Shown one piece after another: positions 1 to 10,469 of a stretch of DNA of 64,000 nt. This stretch comes from Sulfurospirillum sp. (GTDB lineage Bacteria > Campylobacterota > Campylobacteria > Campylobacterales > Sulfurospirillaceae). Made by a program: the position numbers and the translations under genes. How positions within the stretch are numbered: position 1 is the first letter of the stretch; each line of letters begins with the position of its first letter. The notes below the pieces were generated by a model. That model saw only the letters and a list, made by a program, of their open reading frames with translations, made no database searches and had not been told where the DNA came from. The stretch lies in NCBI GenBank assembly GCA_045047115.1, contig JASFYR010000033.1:1-64000 (forward strand), in the 5' to 3' direction.

Positions 1-115
1 AATTAGCTATCCACTTTAAGGGAAGATTAGATAAAGCTTTAGATTTATGATATAATTTTAGGAATTACTTGATGCTGACACAGATTATTAAACGCTACCT
101 CGCCCACCTATTTAT

Positions 116-2287
116 CTAAGCTAAAACTCCTTCCCTTTTTACTTTTCCTTTTTGTATCATATATACTGCTGCATAGAGTGCTGCACCAATCACATAAGAC
201 ACATAGTGGCTAGGAAGTCCTAGATGTGTAGCCATTAATTTTGGCAACATCATAAATGGAATGAGTGCTATAAGTATCAGCCTTTCTAATGTATTTACCT
301 TTGTGAGCATAAAGCCTTGAGTAGCCGAAGTAAATGCAAACATACCTGCAACTGCTCCTATAAATATAATAGCGATTTCTGCCGGGTTAGATATCCATAC
401 CCACTTGGAAGAGTCATTTGGATCTGCGGGATCAACACTCTCAATCATCAAAAGGTTGTTATTGAAAAAGAACATAAATGGCAATATTGCAGTTCTTATA
501 TCATAGAAAAATCCCTGAAGTCCCGTTTTTATAGGATCCGCTTTTGCAATTCCTGCTGCGGCATATGCCGCTAGACCCACAGGTGGCGTATCATCTGCTA
601 AGATACCGAAATAGAATACAAACATATGGGCAGCAATCATCGGTATAACATAGCCGTTTTGATTCGCTAACTGCATGATGACCGGAGCTGTCAATGAAGC
701 CATAACGATATAGTTCGCAGTCGTTGGAAGTCCCATACCGAGTATCAATGATGTGATAGCAGTAAAGAGAAGTACAAGTATGATATATCCGTGTGAAAGC
801 TGATCTATAACATCAGATAGAATTAATCCTATACCGGTTAATGTAACAGAGCCCACAATTATACCTGCAACACCAGTAGCTATAGCAATTGGTACCATAT
901 TTTTAGCACCATTTACCATGCCCCAGCCAATATCTGTAAATCCTTGAATAAACACACCTTTGGTTAATTTTTCTTTTTTCATGATTGCTGCTATTGGTCT
1001 TTGGGTTATCATGATAAGCATCATAAACATGATAGCATTAAAAGCAGCACTTTGTGCAGAGTGTCTAAGTATAATAAGTGTGTACATCAAAAAGAAGATA
1101 GGAATAATATAGTGAATACCTCTTATAAATATAGGCCAAGCACGACCAAGTTTACTAGGATCTTCACCTTTTAGTCCTTGTTTCTTTGCTTCTAAATGGA
1201 CTATATAAAATAGTGCAAAATAACTGGTAAATGCAGGAACAAATGCCGCAAAAACTATCTCTGTATAGTTTAAGCCCAAAAACTCCGCCATGATAAATGC
1301 GGCAGCTCCCATGATTGGCGGCATCAGTTGCCCATTAACTGATGCCGCAACTTCTACTGCACCTGCTTTATGGGCAGGAAAGCCCAACCTTTTCATTAAA
1401 GGAATCGTAAAAGTTCCTGTTGTTACTGTGTTTGCTATAGATGAGCCAGATATGATACCCATCATACCGGAAGCTGCAACTGAAGCTTTTGCAGGACCAC
1501 CATCGTATTTCCCAAGAAGTGTATATGCAAGATTTATAAAGTATTCACCTGCACCCGCACGATCCAGCAAGGATCCGAACAGTACAAACAAGAAAACATA
1601 ACTGGCACTAACTCCTAGGGGCACACCAAAGATACCCTCTGTTGTTAGTACCATTTGTCCCATCAGCTTACTAACACTTGCGCCTTTATGCGCAATGAGG
1701 TCTGGCATATATGGACCAAAAATATCATATATTATAAAAATGATAGAGATAACTGGTAGTGGAAGTCCCATAACTCTTCTTGCGCCCTCAAGAACTATAA
1801 TACAGACCATTACACCCACGATAACATCTGTTTGAGTCCATGCACCCGAACGCATAGCAAGATTTGTGTATTCGTACCATTTGTATAGAACAACTACTAT
1901 ACCAACGATAGCAAATGCAAAATCATACCATGTGATTTTTTTTCTAAGACCGGATGTTTTAATTATAGGATAAATTGTATATGCTAAGACTACTGCAAAT
2001 GCCAAGTGCCCGGCCCTTGCAAAAACACTGTTTATGGGATGCATAACTATATACATTTGATAAGTTGACCAAGTAAAAGCGATAACCGCTATAAACCAAT
2101 ATTGCCAAGAACCTTCCGGAAATATTCTTTGCCCCTCAAGCTCACTTATGAGCTTCTCTTCATCTTTTATGTCTTCAGGAAATGGTGGAACATCTTCTTT
2201 TAGATTTGATAAATTATCTAAAGCTTCCTCATTTTCCTTTTCAACATCTTCAAGATATTCTGTATTCATCTGACCATGTTTCTTCAA
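116..2287 (-). CDS. TRAP transporter fused 4TM/12TM permease (TAXI type)
   Basis: Polytopic membrane protein with SGSSIANTVTTGTFTIP and LGMGLPTTANY motifs. Lies next to the TAXI binding protein. Start placed at TTG 2287 behind AAGGAG; the ORF track extends to 2335. Confidence 0.92.
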   Translation of the reverse strand: MKKHGQMNTEYLEDVEKENEEALDNLSNLKEDVPPFPEDIKDEEKLISELEGQRIFPEGSWQYWFIAVIAFTWSTYQMYIVMHPINSVFARAGHLAFAVVLAYTIYPIIKTSGLRKKITWYDFAFAIVGIVVVLYKWYEYTNLAMRSGAWTQTDVIVGVMVCIIVLEGARRVMGLPLPVISIIFIIYDIFGPYMPDLIAHKGASVSKLMGQMVLTTEGIFGVPLGVSASYVFLFVLFGSLLDRAGAGEYFINLAYTLLGKYDGGPAKASVAASGMMGIISGSSIANTVTTGTFTIPLMKRLGFPAHKAGAVEVAASVNGQLMPPIMGAAAFIMAEFLGLNYTEIVFAAFVPAFTSYFALFYIVHLEAKKQGLKGEDPSKLGRAWPIFIRGIHYIIPIFFLMYTLIILRHSAQSAAFNAIMFMMLIMITQRPIAAIMKKEKLTKGVFIQGFTDIGWGMVNGAKNMVPIAIATGVAGIIVGSVTLTGIGLILSDVIDQLSHGYIILVLLFTAITSLILGMGLPTTANYIVMASLTAPVIMQLANQNGYVIPMIAAHMFVFYFGILADDTPPVGLAAYAAAGIAKADPIKTGLQGFFYDIRTAILPFMFFFNNNLLMIESVDPADPNDSSKWVWISNPAEIAIIFIGAVAGMFAFTSATQGFMLTKVNTLERLILIALIPFMMLPKLMATHLGLPSHYVSYVIGAALYAAVYMIQKGKVKREGVLA

Positions 2288-2358
2288 GCTAATTCTCCTT
2301 ATTGTTAGGGTATTTTTAAATATTCTGTTAAACATTTAAAAATACCCTTCATTATATT

Positions 2359-2386
2359 AAAAAGCCCTAAGTCATTAGGGCTTTTT
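2359..2386. terminator. Hairpin between TAXI binding-protein and permease genes (terminator or mRNA-stabilising)
   Basis: AAAAAGCCCTAA-GTCA-TTAGGGCTTTTT perfect inverted repeat with A/T tails on both sides. Confidence 0.7.
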
Positions 2387-2402
2387 TATTTCAAACAAGT
2401 TA

Positions 2403-3350
2403 CTATAGTAAACCCGCTTCTTTAAATGCTTTTATTGCACCTGGATGTTGAGGGATACTCAAACCATCAAGAAGGCTTTTTTTAGTAATTGTTTTATATG
2501 CTGGGTGTAGCTTTTTGAAAGCTGCAAAGTTATCCAAAATAGTTTTTGTAACTGTATAAACAACTTTATCACTAATTTTTGCACTAGTAACTAAAACAGC
2601 TTTTACACCGATACTTGGAGTATCGTGAGTAACACCTTTATAAAAAGTTCCGGAAATTACACCTTTTGCATAGTAAGGATACTTTTTAACTAATATATCA
2701 ACTGCTTTGCCTTCGATTGGAATCAAGTCGATATCAACTGAATTGGCAGCATCTTTGATATTTGCTGTTGGGTGACCAAATACTGCAAAGTAACCATCTA
2801 CATGGTCATCTTTAAGTAGTGTAGGACCTTCACTTGAACTTAGCTCATCAATTTGTTTTAAATCAGAGTGTTTGATGCCAAATGCTTTAAAAACAATCTC
2901 TGTTGTCATTCTTGTACCTGAACCCGGGGTGTCTATATTGATACGCTTACCCTTTACATCCATTATGCTTTTGATACCAGATCTCTTTGCAACTACCAGT
3001 GTAAGTAGTTCAGGATAGATAGCCATAACACTTCTTAACTCTTTTATAGGCTTACCTTTAAATTTACCTATACCATGATACGCTTGGTATGCAGTATCAC
3101 TTTGTGAGATACCAAAATCAAGTTCACCTTGATTAATTGTATTTACATTATATACCGAACCACCAGTTGACTCAACAGAACATCTAATGCCTGTTTTCTT
3201 TTTTTGTTTGTTTACCATTCGGCAAATTGCTCCACCAGTCGGATAGTAAACACCTGTAACACCACCGGTTCCTATAGTGATGAATTGCGCTGCAAATGCA
3301 GGAAGACTTAATGCACCCGCAAGTACAATAGTAGCAAGTTTTTTGTTCAT
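2403..3350 (-). CDS. TAXI family TRAP transporter solute-binding protein
   Basis: Signal peptide followed by ITIGTGGVTGVYYPTGG, ESTGGSVYN and a C-terminal HPGA motif. Confidence 0.95.
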   Translation of the reverse strand: MNKKLATIVLAGALSLPAFAAQFITIGTGGVTGVYYPTGGAICRMVNKQKKKTGIRCSVESTGGSVYNVNTINQGELDFGISQSDTAYQAYHGIGKFKGKPIKELRSVMAIYPELLTLVVAKRSGIKSIMDVKGKRINIDTPGSGTRMTTEIVFKAFGIKHSDLKQIDELSSSEGPTLLKDDHVDGYFAVFGHPTANIKDAANSVDIDLIPIEGKAVDILVKKYPYYAKGVISGTFYKGVTHDTPSIGVKAVLVTSAKISDKVVYTVTKTILDNFAAFKKLHPAYKTITKKSLLDGLSIPQHPGAIKAFKEAGLL

Positions 3351-3514
3351 GAAAACTCCTTTTAAATTTTTAACTCTGCAGAGTTAATATGCGATAATGG
3401 TAGCAACTGTAGCCTTGTTTTTTCTTAAAATCTAAAATTAATTAATAAATTATTTACTCTTTTTAGGTTGCTTTTCTTAAAAATATACTATTTTAATAAT
3501 TTTTACTAAAAATC

Positions 3515-3543
3515 TTGACTTTAGAGAGATTTTTCACTATAAT
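3515..3543 (+). promoter_or_regulatory. sigma70 promoter for tRNA-Asn
   Basis: TTGACT-17 nt-TATAAT, 20 nt upstream of the tRNA. Confidence 0.8.
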
Positions 3544-3563
3544 TTCGTCCTCATTATAAGTGT

Positions 3564-3638
<75 letters not shown>

Positions 3639-3770
3639 TTTTCCCACTTTTTACTAAAAATCAATTTTTTAACAGATAAGAAGTCAAGTTTCAAAAAAAT
3701 TTTTATATTGTTGTAAATTAAGAATCCAGTGTTACTTTTTTACACATTAAAAATATGAATTGTCCTTCAT

Positions 3771-3813
3771 TTTAACATAAGTTATGTAATTGTTTAACAT
3801 AACTTATGTTAAA
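3771..3813. repeat. 17-bp perfect inverted repeat built from two nested palindromes
   Basis: TTTAACATAAGTTATGT-9 nt-ACATAACTTATGTTAAA between the convergent tRNA-Asn and SDR genes. Confidence 0.75.
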
Positions 3814-3823
3814 TCGGATAATA

Positions 3824-4576
3824 TTATTTTTTCTCTACATATAATCCTGCCCATGTTTGAGCTGTTGGCATAACTTCAAGAGAGTTTACATTTACATGCT
3901 GAGGGAGATTTGCAAGTGTAAATATAAGATTTGCTACATCTGTTGCAAGCAGTGGCTCATAGCCATCATAAACTTTTTGGGCTTTATCTGTTTCACCTTT
4001 AAACCTGACATCTGAAAACTCAGTCTTCGCAGCACCTGGTTCTATATTTGAGACTCGTATATTTGTACCTTTAAGATCTGTTCTGAGATTATAGGAGAAT
4101 TGTTCTACAAAAGCTTTTGTAGCCCCATAAACATTTCCACCCTGATAAGGCCATTTTCCTGCGATAGAGCCAAGATTAAAGATGTATCCACTTTTTTGCT
4201 TGATCATGATGGGCAGAACTGCTTTTGTGACATATAAAAGCCCTTTTATATTTGTGTCTATCATCTGTTCCCAGTCATCTAAAAGTGCATTAGGCGATGA
4301 TTCAAGTCCTAGGGCAAGCCCGGCAGAATTGATGAGTATATCTATATTTTTATACTCTTTTGGTAAAAAAGCTATATTTTCAAATACCGCTTCTTTATCT
4401 CTTACATCAAAACAGAGAGTGAAAACATCATAATCTCTCAATTCGTCACCCAACTCTTTTAGTTTTTGGCTTCTTCTTCCTGTGGCGATTACTTTGTCGC
4501 CATTTTTTGCAAACATCCTTGCGCATTCTTTTCCAAATCCTGAAGTTGCTCCTGTGATTAAAATTGTTCTTGACAT
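3824..4576 (-). CDS. SDR oxidoreductase, YdfG-like NADP-dependent 3-hydroxy acid dehydrogenase
   Basis: TGATSGFG, NSAGLALG and YGATK (YxxxK) motifs. Confidence 0.88.
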   Translation of the reverse strand: MSRTILITGATSGFGKECARMFAKNGDKVIATGRRSQKLKELGDELRDYDVFTLCFDVRDKEAVFENIAFLPKEYKNIDILINSAGLALGLESSPNALLDDWEQMIDTNIKGLLYVTKAVLPIMIKQKSGYIFNLGSIAGKWPYQGGNVYGATKAFVEQFSYNLRTDLKGTNIRVSNIEPGAAKTEFSDVRFKGETDKAQKVYDGYEPLLATDVANLIFTLANLPQHVNVNSLEVMPTAQTWAGLYVEKK

Positions 4577-5319
4577 CTCTTAAATCCTTCTCTTTTTGAA
4601 ATTATATCAAACCAAATCTTGCATATATGTTTGTAAATGATTTTATATGTTTTTAGTTTTCTTATATTGTAATTTTTGTTTTTAAAGTATGAGTGCACAA
4701 AATAGGACTCGTCTCTTTTGTCTAGGTTAAATTCGACAGATATGCAGGCAAGATCAAAATATCTGTCATTTGTAGTTGCAAATTCCCAGTCTATAAATTT
4801 TGCGGTATTTGAAAAAAGGATATTTTTTGGATTCAAATCATTATGACAAAGTACTAACTCTTTTTTAAATTTTTTTAATTCATAAAGAGCAATTTTTAAT
4901 TTTGAATCTATTTTTTTACTATTTTTTGTAAAAAATCTATTTATATTAAAGGCTTTGCCTTGAAGCCTGATTTTATGAAGAGCAGATAATGTTTTGGCAA
5001 CTCTTTTTAAATCAGATCTGTTTAGAAATTTTTTATGGCAACCTTCAAAATATCTGTTTATCTCAATTTGATTTTTTGTATCAAGCATGATTGATTCAGG
5101 ACAAATACCTCTCTTGTATGCTATTTGCTTGATTTTATGTTCAAGATTTTTATCTACATGCAGAGGTTTGTAAAATTTTTTGATTATGAAGCTATTATCA
5201 CCGGTTTTTAAGAGATATGTAGCATTGTACATACCTTGGTTTGCCAATAGCCTAAAATCAACAATATTTTTTTCTTTAAAAAAAGTATAAGTTTTTATAG
5301 TATCTAGCATATTTTTCAC
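4558..5319 (-). CDS. Choline/thiamine kinase-like phosphotransferase (APH/ChoK family)
   Basis: LCHNDLNPKNILF (Brenner motif) and FIDWEFA. Confidence 0.85.
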   Translation of the reverse strand: MKNMLDTIKTYTFFKEKNIVDFRLLANQGMYNATYLLKTGDNSFIIKKFYKPLHVDKNLEHKIKQIAYKRGICPESIMLDTKNQIEINRYFEGCHKKFLNRSDLKRVAKTLSALHKIRLQGKAFNINRFFTKNSKKIDSKLKIALYELKKFKKELVLCHNDLNPKNILFSNTAKFIDWEFATTNDRYFDLACISVEFNLDKRDESYFVHSYFKNKNYNIRKLKTYKIIYKHICKIWFDIISKREGFKRCQEQF

Positions 5320-5398
5320 TTTAGTATATTGTGTATTAACATTTAGCTAACACTCTAGTTGTACAATTGTACTAAAATTTATATCAAAAGGAGTAAAA

Positions 5399-5725
5399 AT
5401 GACAGTTGGTTCAAGTGGTTCAGCACAACAAGCACAGATGAGAAACATGCATGGTGCAGGTGGAGTTGGTAATGGTGGAGGCAATGGAAATGGAGGTATG
5501 AGAGATATTATGCAGTCATTATCACAAGAAGACAGAACACAACTCAGAGATGAGATGAGTTCACTAAGCGGCAAAGATAGGCAGAGTGCAATTGCACAGA
5601 TGAAAAAGGTTGACAACACTAATATGAACGACCAAGAGTATTTCCAATCTCTGTTAGATATTTTAAATCAAAATAATGCGACAGCATCTAAAGCAAGTAC
5701 AGAAGGTTTACCCGCTTACGCATAA
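5399..5725 (+). CDS. Hypothetical Gly/Gln/Met-rich small protein
   Basis: AAGGAG RBS, 108 aa, GGVGNGGGNGNGG linker then helical region. Followed by hairpin 5733-5762. Confidence 0.75.
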   Translation: MTVGSSGSAQQAQMRNMHGAGGVGNGGGNGNGGMRDIMQSLSQEDRTQLRDEMSSLSGKDRQSAIAQMKKVDNTNMNDQEYFQSLLDILNQNNATASKASTEGLPAYA

Positions 5726-5820
5726 ATTTATTGCCACTTGGTCTATATTTGCACTAAGTGGCAGCCATCTACTCTTAAATTTGCTATACAAAAAGACTAT
5801 TTTACAGATAAGGATTATAG

Positions 5821-6255
5821 ATGAAAAAGGTATTTATTGGTTTTTGGGTATTGTGCTTTGTTGCGGCACAAGCTAAAACGATGAGTTGTGCATTAAGTGT
5901 GGTAGCTATGGGTATAAGAGACACAAAAGGAGAGATACGATTTTCGCTATACAACAAGGACGGAACAATTCCTGATAAAAACATGGACAAATACTTTAAA
6001 ATGAAGAGTGCAAAGATAGAAAAGAATAGAGCAAAAGTTGTATTTGAAGATTTGCCAAAAGGACGATATGCTATCAGTATATACCATGACGAAAACAACA
6101 ATCACAAGATTGATCAGGGGTTTTTAATGCCTGATGAAGGGGTTGGACTATCAAATTTTAAAACGATCAACTTTTTTAATCTACCGGACTTTAAGTCTGC
6201 CAGCTTTTTTTTAAACTGCAATAAAGAAGTAAAAATAAATTTGATCTATTTTTAG
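5821..6255 (+). CDS. DUF2141 family exported protein
   Basis: Signal peptide; LPKGRYAISIYHDENNN and EGVGLSN motifs typical of DUF2141. Confidence 0.85.
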   Translation: MKKVFIGFWVLCFVAAQAKTMSCALSVVAMGIRDTKGEIRFSLYNKDGTIPDKNMDKYFKMKSAKIEKNRAKVVFEDLPKGRYAISIYHDENNNHKIDQGFLMPDEGVGLSNFKTINFFNLPDFKSASFFLNCNKEVKINLIYF

Positions 6256-6273
6256 TGGGGATTGGTATAATAT

Positions 6274-9200
6274 CTATTTAGCCATCTCTTTTCTGATATT
6301 TTTCTCTTTTATCGTCCATATAAATACTACAGGTATAAAAACCAATGTCATAAATGTTCCGATTATCAATCCTCCTATAGCAACAGCACCAAGAGGTGCA
6401 AGTCTCTCAAGCCCTATAGCAGTTCCTTGCGCAACAGGGAGCATCCCAACTGAAACTGCAAAGGCAGTCATGAGCACAGGACGGGTACGAATCCTAATCG
6501 CATCAATCATCGCATCTTTTTTGTTCATTCCGGCACTGATTTGCTCTAATGCAAAGTGTATCAGTAAGATAGCATTGTTTACTATAATTCCCGAGAGCAG
6601 TATGAAGCCCATCATTGCTGGCATAGAGATATGATAATCAATAGCAAGCATCGTCCATGCTGCACCGATAATTGTCAAAGGAATTGAGAATAGAATCATC
6701 AGCGATATCTTTATATTGCCAAACATTACGATAAGTGTCAAAAATATCAAGATAACAGCCGCAATTATCGCTCCTATCATTCTTTGAGCTGAAGAGTTAA
6801 ACTGTTTTATATCTCCTATCTGCTCTAATTCTACCCCTTTTGGTAGTTTTACCGATTTTAATTGTTCTTCAAAATTTGCCATGATATGTGAAACTGCAGC
6901 TTTTTTCCTGCCACCATACACTTCAAGAGTGTATTGTAGCCCTTCTCTTGTTATAAGACTCGGCTCCTTACTTGATGTGAGTGTTGCTAGTTTGTTTAGT
7001 GGAATTTTTCCTTTGCCGGTGTCTATTAGCATGTTCATTATTTTACTAAAAAAGTCAATTTGATTTTTTGGAAGCCAAACTCTGATAGTGTAGTCTATAC
7101 TATTTGTTTTGGCAAAACTAGCCACAGGTGCACCTCTGAGGGCAAGTTGAAGTTGGGTTACTATATCTGATCTTTTTAATCCGTAACGCAAAGCTTCTGT
7201 TTCGTCTATCTTTAAATTGTAAACAACTTTATCTGTATCCCAAGTTGTGGCTGTTGAAATGACCCCTTTTGTATTCTCAAGAGCCTTTTTCACTTTGGCA
7301 CCAACATCTTGAAGCAGGTCTATATTTGAAGAGCTGAGCTTGGCATCAACAGTTGCTCTTATGCTAGCAAGAGCAGTCGAGCCATAAGGGGTAACTTCTA
7401 GTTGTTTTACATTTTTTAATCTTGATATCTGGGCTCTAAGAGCCTTTGAGATTTGCCAAATACTCTTTTTTCTATGGTGTCTGTCTATATAAGTTGCTAC
7501 GATACTTAAGTGATCTATTCCTGCTCCTGAACCGATACTAAGTACTCCGGCTTCTGAGCCTATGCTGCCGGAAATTCGTAGCAGTTTCCCCTGTTTTTTT
7601 ATGATATCATTGACCTTTTTCATGAGTGCTTCACTTTTTTGTATGGGCAGATTTGCATCGGTTGTGATTTTTATATTTACCCCTCCCGTATCCATAGGAG
7701 GCATCAACTCTTGTCCGACTACAGGTATAACAATTTTAACGGAAGTAGCAAAAAGTACAATCAAGATAAAGACTGAAGCAAATCCTACTATCTTATAAGA
7801 GACAATTGTGCGGACTATATTTGCAAAAAAACTTTGTATATAATCATTTGCACCACCTATGACATAGTGAAAGCCATTTTCAACTTTAAGAAGCAGTGGA
7901 TTTTTAATGGCCAATATATAAAGAGACAACAGAGGTACTACTAAAATAGAGATAACATAAGAGGAGATAAGTGCTAAAAGCAGTGTACCGACTAGTGGAG
8001 CAAAAACTGTTTGAGGGTATCCCCCGACAAAAAGCATGGGGGCCAGTGCAATCATAGTGGTTATTGTTCCTGAGAGATCTGCGAACATAATCTCTTTTGT
8101 TCCATCAAAGACAGCAGAGTGAATCTCTTTGCCAAGCTCTTTATAGTGCCGTTCTATGTTTTCCATCACCACGACTGTATCATCCAAGAGCAGTCCTAGC
8201 GCCAAGATGATAGCTGTTAGCGTAACAACATCAAAATCTATCCCGATTAACCACATAAGTGCTATGGTGGAAGCATATACTAAAGGAATAGTTACTAAAA
8301 CAACTAAAATCTGTCTGAAACTTGCCAAAAATAGAAATACAATGATAGTTGACATAACTATCGCATCTCTTAGAGAGTCAAACATATTTGATATACTCTG
8401 CTCTATGGTCTCTTTTTGAGTGTCGCTTACTTTAAAAGAGATTTGAGGATATCTTTTTTTGAAACCATCTATAATTTTTTCAATCCTGTTAACACTATTT
8501 ATAACATCTTCTGTAGCTGAGCGTTGAATGGACAGAGCGATGGCTTTTTTGCCATTGCCGTAGTATACCGCAGTATTTTCATAGTGTCCAAAATAGACCT
8601 TTGCTATATCTCTAAGCTTTATATTCTGTGTTATTGATAGATCTTTAAGTGCTTCAACATCGTCTCTTTTGCCTTGAGATCTTAATAGGTATCGATGCTC
8701 TTCGTTACTCATAAAGCCTATGGCATACTCGTTGTCATTTTTTTCTATGGTAACTATAACCTGTTCCAAAGAGAGGTGTAGGTCGTTGAGTCTTTTTTTA
8801 TCTATTATAATTTGTAGCTCTTTTTCATAACCTCCAAATACATCTATATTCGCGATTCCAGGAGTTCTTAAGAGCTTGTGTTTTATCTGTGTGCTTACCA
8901 AGTCTCTTATGTCTTCAAGGGATAGGTGAGAGCCGGATTTTGGAGACACTGCTACTACCAGTATCGGAGCTGTAGTTTCAGTGATTTTGACGATTTGTGG
9001 TTCTTTTATATCTTTGGGAAGTTTTGTGCGTATCTTTGAGAGAGCATTTGTTACATCATTGACTGCCGTGTCTATGTTTTTAGTGTATTCAAACTCTGCT
9101 CTTATCACTGTCACTTCGTCTATTGTGGTGGAGTATGCACGGCGAATCTGATCTAGTGTATATAGCTCTTCCTCGACAGGTACGGCTATATTATTTGCTA

Positions 9201-9390
9201 TAGTTTTTGCGGAAGCTCCGGGTTCAACGATGACTATGGCAATTTCAGGATAGTTGGAATTTGGAAAAAGATTACGGTGAATTCTGTTATATCCAAATAT
9301 ACCTGTTAGTAAAAAAAGAGCCAAAAATGAGATGATGATGTGCGGTTTTTTTAAAACTTTTTCAACCCAGGTGCTGTTTTTTTGCTCCAC
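6274..9390 (-). CDS. RND efflux transporter permease (AcrB/CusA superfamily)
   Basis: 1038 aa; GLLLDDTVVVMENI, GIIVNNAI and RTRPVLMT motifs. Confidence 0.95.
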   Translation of the reverse strand: MEQKNSTWVEKVLKKPHIIISFLALFLLTGIFGYNRIHRNLFPNSNYPEIAIVIVEPGASAKTIANNIAVPVEEELYTLDQIRRAYSTTIDEVTVIRAEFEYTKNIDTAVNDVTNALSKIRTKLPKDIKEPQIVKITETTAPILVVAVSPKSGSHLSLEDIRDLVSTQIKHKLLRTPGIANIDVFGGYEKELQIIIDKKRLNDLHLSLEQVIVTIEKNDNEYAIGFMSNEEHRYLLRSQGKRDDVEALKDLSITQNIKLRDIAKVYFGHYENTAVYYGNGKKAIALSIQRSATEDVINSVNRIEKIIDGFKKRYPQISFKVSDTQKETIEQSISNMFDSLRDAIVMSTIIVFLFLASFRQILVVLVTIPLVYASTIALMWLIGIDFDVVTLTAIILALGLLLDDTVVVMENIERHYKELGKEIHSAVFDGTKEIMFADLSGTITTMIALAPMLFVGGYPQTVFAPLVGTLLLALISSYVISILVVPLLSLYILAIKNPLLLKVENGFHYVIGGANDYIQSFFANIVRTIVSYKIVGFASVFILIVLFATSVKIVIPVVGQELMPPMDTGGVNIKITTDANLPIQKSEALMKKVNDIIKKQGKLLRISGSIGSEAGVLSIGSGAGIDHLSIVATYIDRHHRKKSIWQISKALRAQISRLKNVKQLEVTPYGSTALASIRATVDAKLSSSNIDLLQDVGAKVKKALENTKGVISTATTWDTDKVVYNLKIDETEALRYGLKRSDIVTQLQLALRGAPVASFAKTNSIDYTIRVWLPKNQIDFFSKIMNMLIDTGKGKIPLNKLATLTSSKEPSLITREGLQYTLEVYGGRKKAAVSHIMANFEEQLKSVKLPKGVELEQIGDIKQFNSSAQRMIGAIIAAVILIFLTLIVMFGNIKISLMILFSIPLTIIGAAWTMLAIDYHISMPAMMGFILLSGIIVNNAILLIHFALEQISAGMNKKDAMIDAIRIRTRPVLMTAFAVSVGMLPVAQGTAIGLERLAPLGAVAIGGLIIGTFMTLVFIPVVFIWTIKEKNIRKEMAK

Positions 9391-10469
9391 TACTTTGTTC
9401 CAATTATAGCAATATTGCCATAGCTTGGAAGTTCTGCCAACTTAACTTCCGAAGCTTTGGCTACAGGTGCTTTTGGGCAAGGAGAGAGCAGAACTGTATT
9501 TTCATCTCTCATCAAAATATCTACCTTTAGAGGTGTAAATTTACCCCCAGAGTAGAGCATGACATACACCCCGTCTTTTTTATGCAGTAGCGTGCTGTTA
9601 GGAAGAGTGCATCCCTCTTGCTCCTTAACTAAAACTCTTATGGTTATCCAACTCCCCACGGGTTCATCTATCTTTTTATTTAGCCTTACTTCAGCAGAGC
9701 TCATATCATTTTGTGCGACAGTGTAAATAGTTTTTATATTCCCTACCTCTTTGTTTTTAAAAAAGACTTTTTGAGACTTTTTGATCAATCCACTTTTTGC
9801 AGGATTGTAAGTAAATAGAAGTTTTTTCCCCGCGTTGCTCATTTTAAGTATCGGTTTGCCAGTCAATGACATATCGCCTTTGTGCATCAAAACCGTATCA
9901 ATAACCCCATCAAACGGAGCTCTGATTTCAAGATAGGAGAGCTGATGTTTGAGCTGTTTTATCTTCTGTTTTGTATTTTCTAAAGTGGAATATTTTAGAT
10001 TTAAAAGTACTTTGGAAGTTGTCAGCTGCTCTTTGGAGAGTCCCCCGATATTGTAGAGTTTTTTATTTCTTTTATATATGCTTTGTGCAAATGCAAGATC
10101 ACTTTTTTGTGCTAAAAGTGTCGTTTTTAGAGCATCTATATTTGATCGTATCTCAAAAGAGTCTATACTTACTAGTAGATCTCCTTTTTTTACTTTTTGA
10201 GACTCTTGTACAAATATTTTTTTGACAAAACCAGCTAATTTGGTTGAGATATTGATACTTTTTATTGAGAGAATTTGAGCTAAAAAGGGAGTTTTGTTTT
10301 GCAATTGTATATTCTTGGTTTTCACCAAAGAGATACTAAGTACCTCTTTTAGCGAAGTAGTCTCATCTTTGGCTGCCTCCATTCTGCTATCCAGCAGCTC
10401 TTTTCCTTTGACCAATAAAATTGCAGCCATAATCACAAATATTACTGTTATTACTATCTTTTTTAACAC
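9390..10469 (-). CDS. RND periplasmic adaptor (membrane fusion protein)
   Basis: VKKGDLL...IRAPFDGVI lipoyl-hairpin motifs. The likely GTG start overlaps the TolC stop (TAGTG). Confidence 0.9.
   Translation of the reverse strand: MLKKIVITVIFVIMAAILLVKGKELLDSRMEAAKDETTSLKEVLSISLVKTKNIQLQNKTPFLAQILSIKSINISTKLAGFVKKIFVQESQKVKKGDLLVSIDSFEIRSNIDALKTTLLAQKSDLAFAQSIYKRNKKLYNIGGLSKEQLTTSKVLLNLKYSTLENTKQKIKQLKHQLSYLEIRAPFDGVIDTVLMHKGDMSLTGKPILKMSNAGKKLLFTYNPAKSGLIKKSQKVFFKNKEVGNIKTIYTVAQNDMSSAEVRLNKKIDEPVGSWITIRVLVKEQEGCTLPNSTLLHKKDGVYVMLYSGGKFTPLKVDILMRDENTVLLSPCPKAPVAKASEVKLAELPSYGNIAIIGTK

Noticed and set aside
3793..3814. Chromosomal dif site
   Set aside because: The XerD-like arm has only a 1-nt spacer and no XerC arm. 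Campylobacterota typically use XerH/difH, and an rpoBC-proximal location is unlikely for the terminus.
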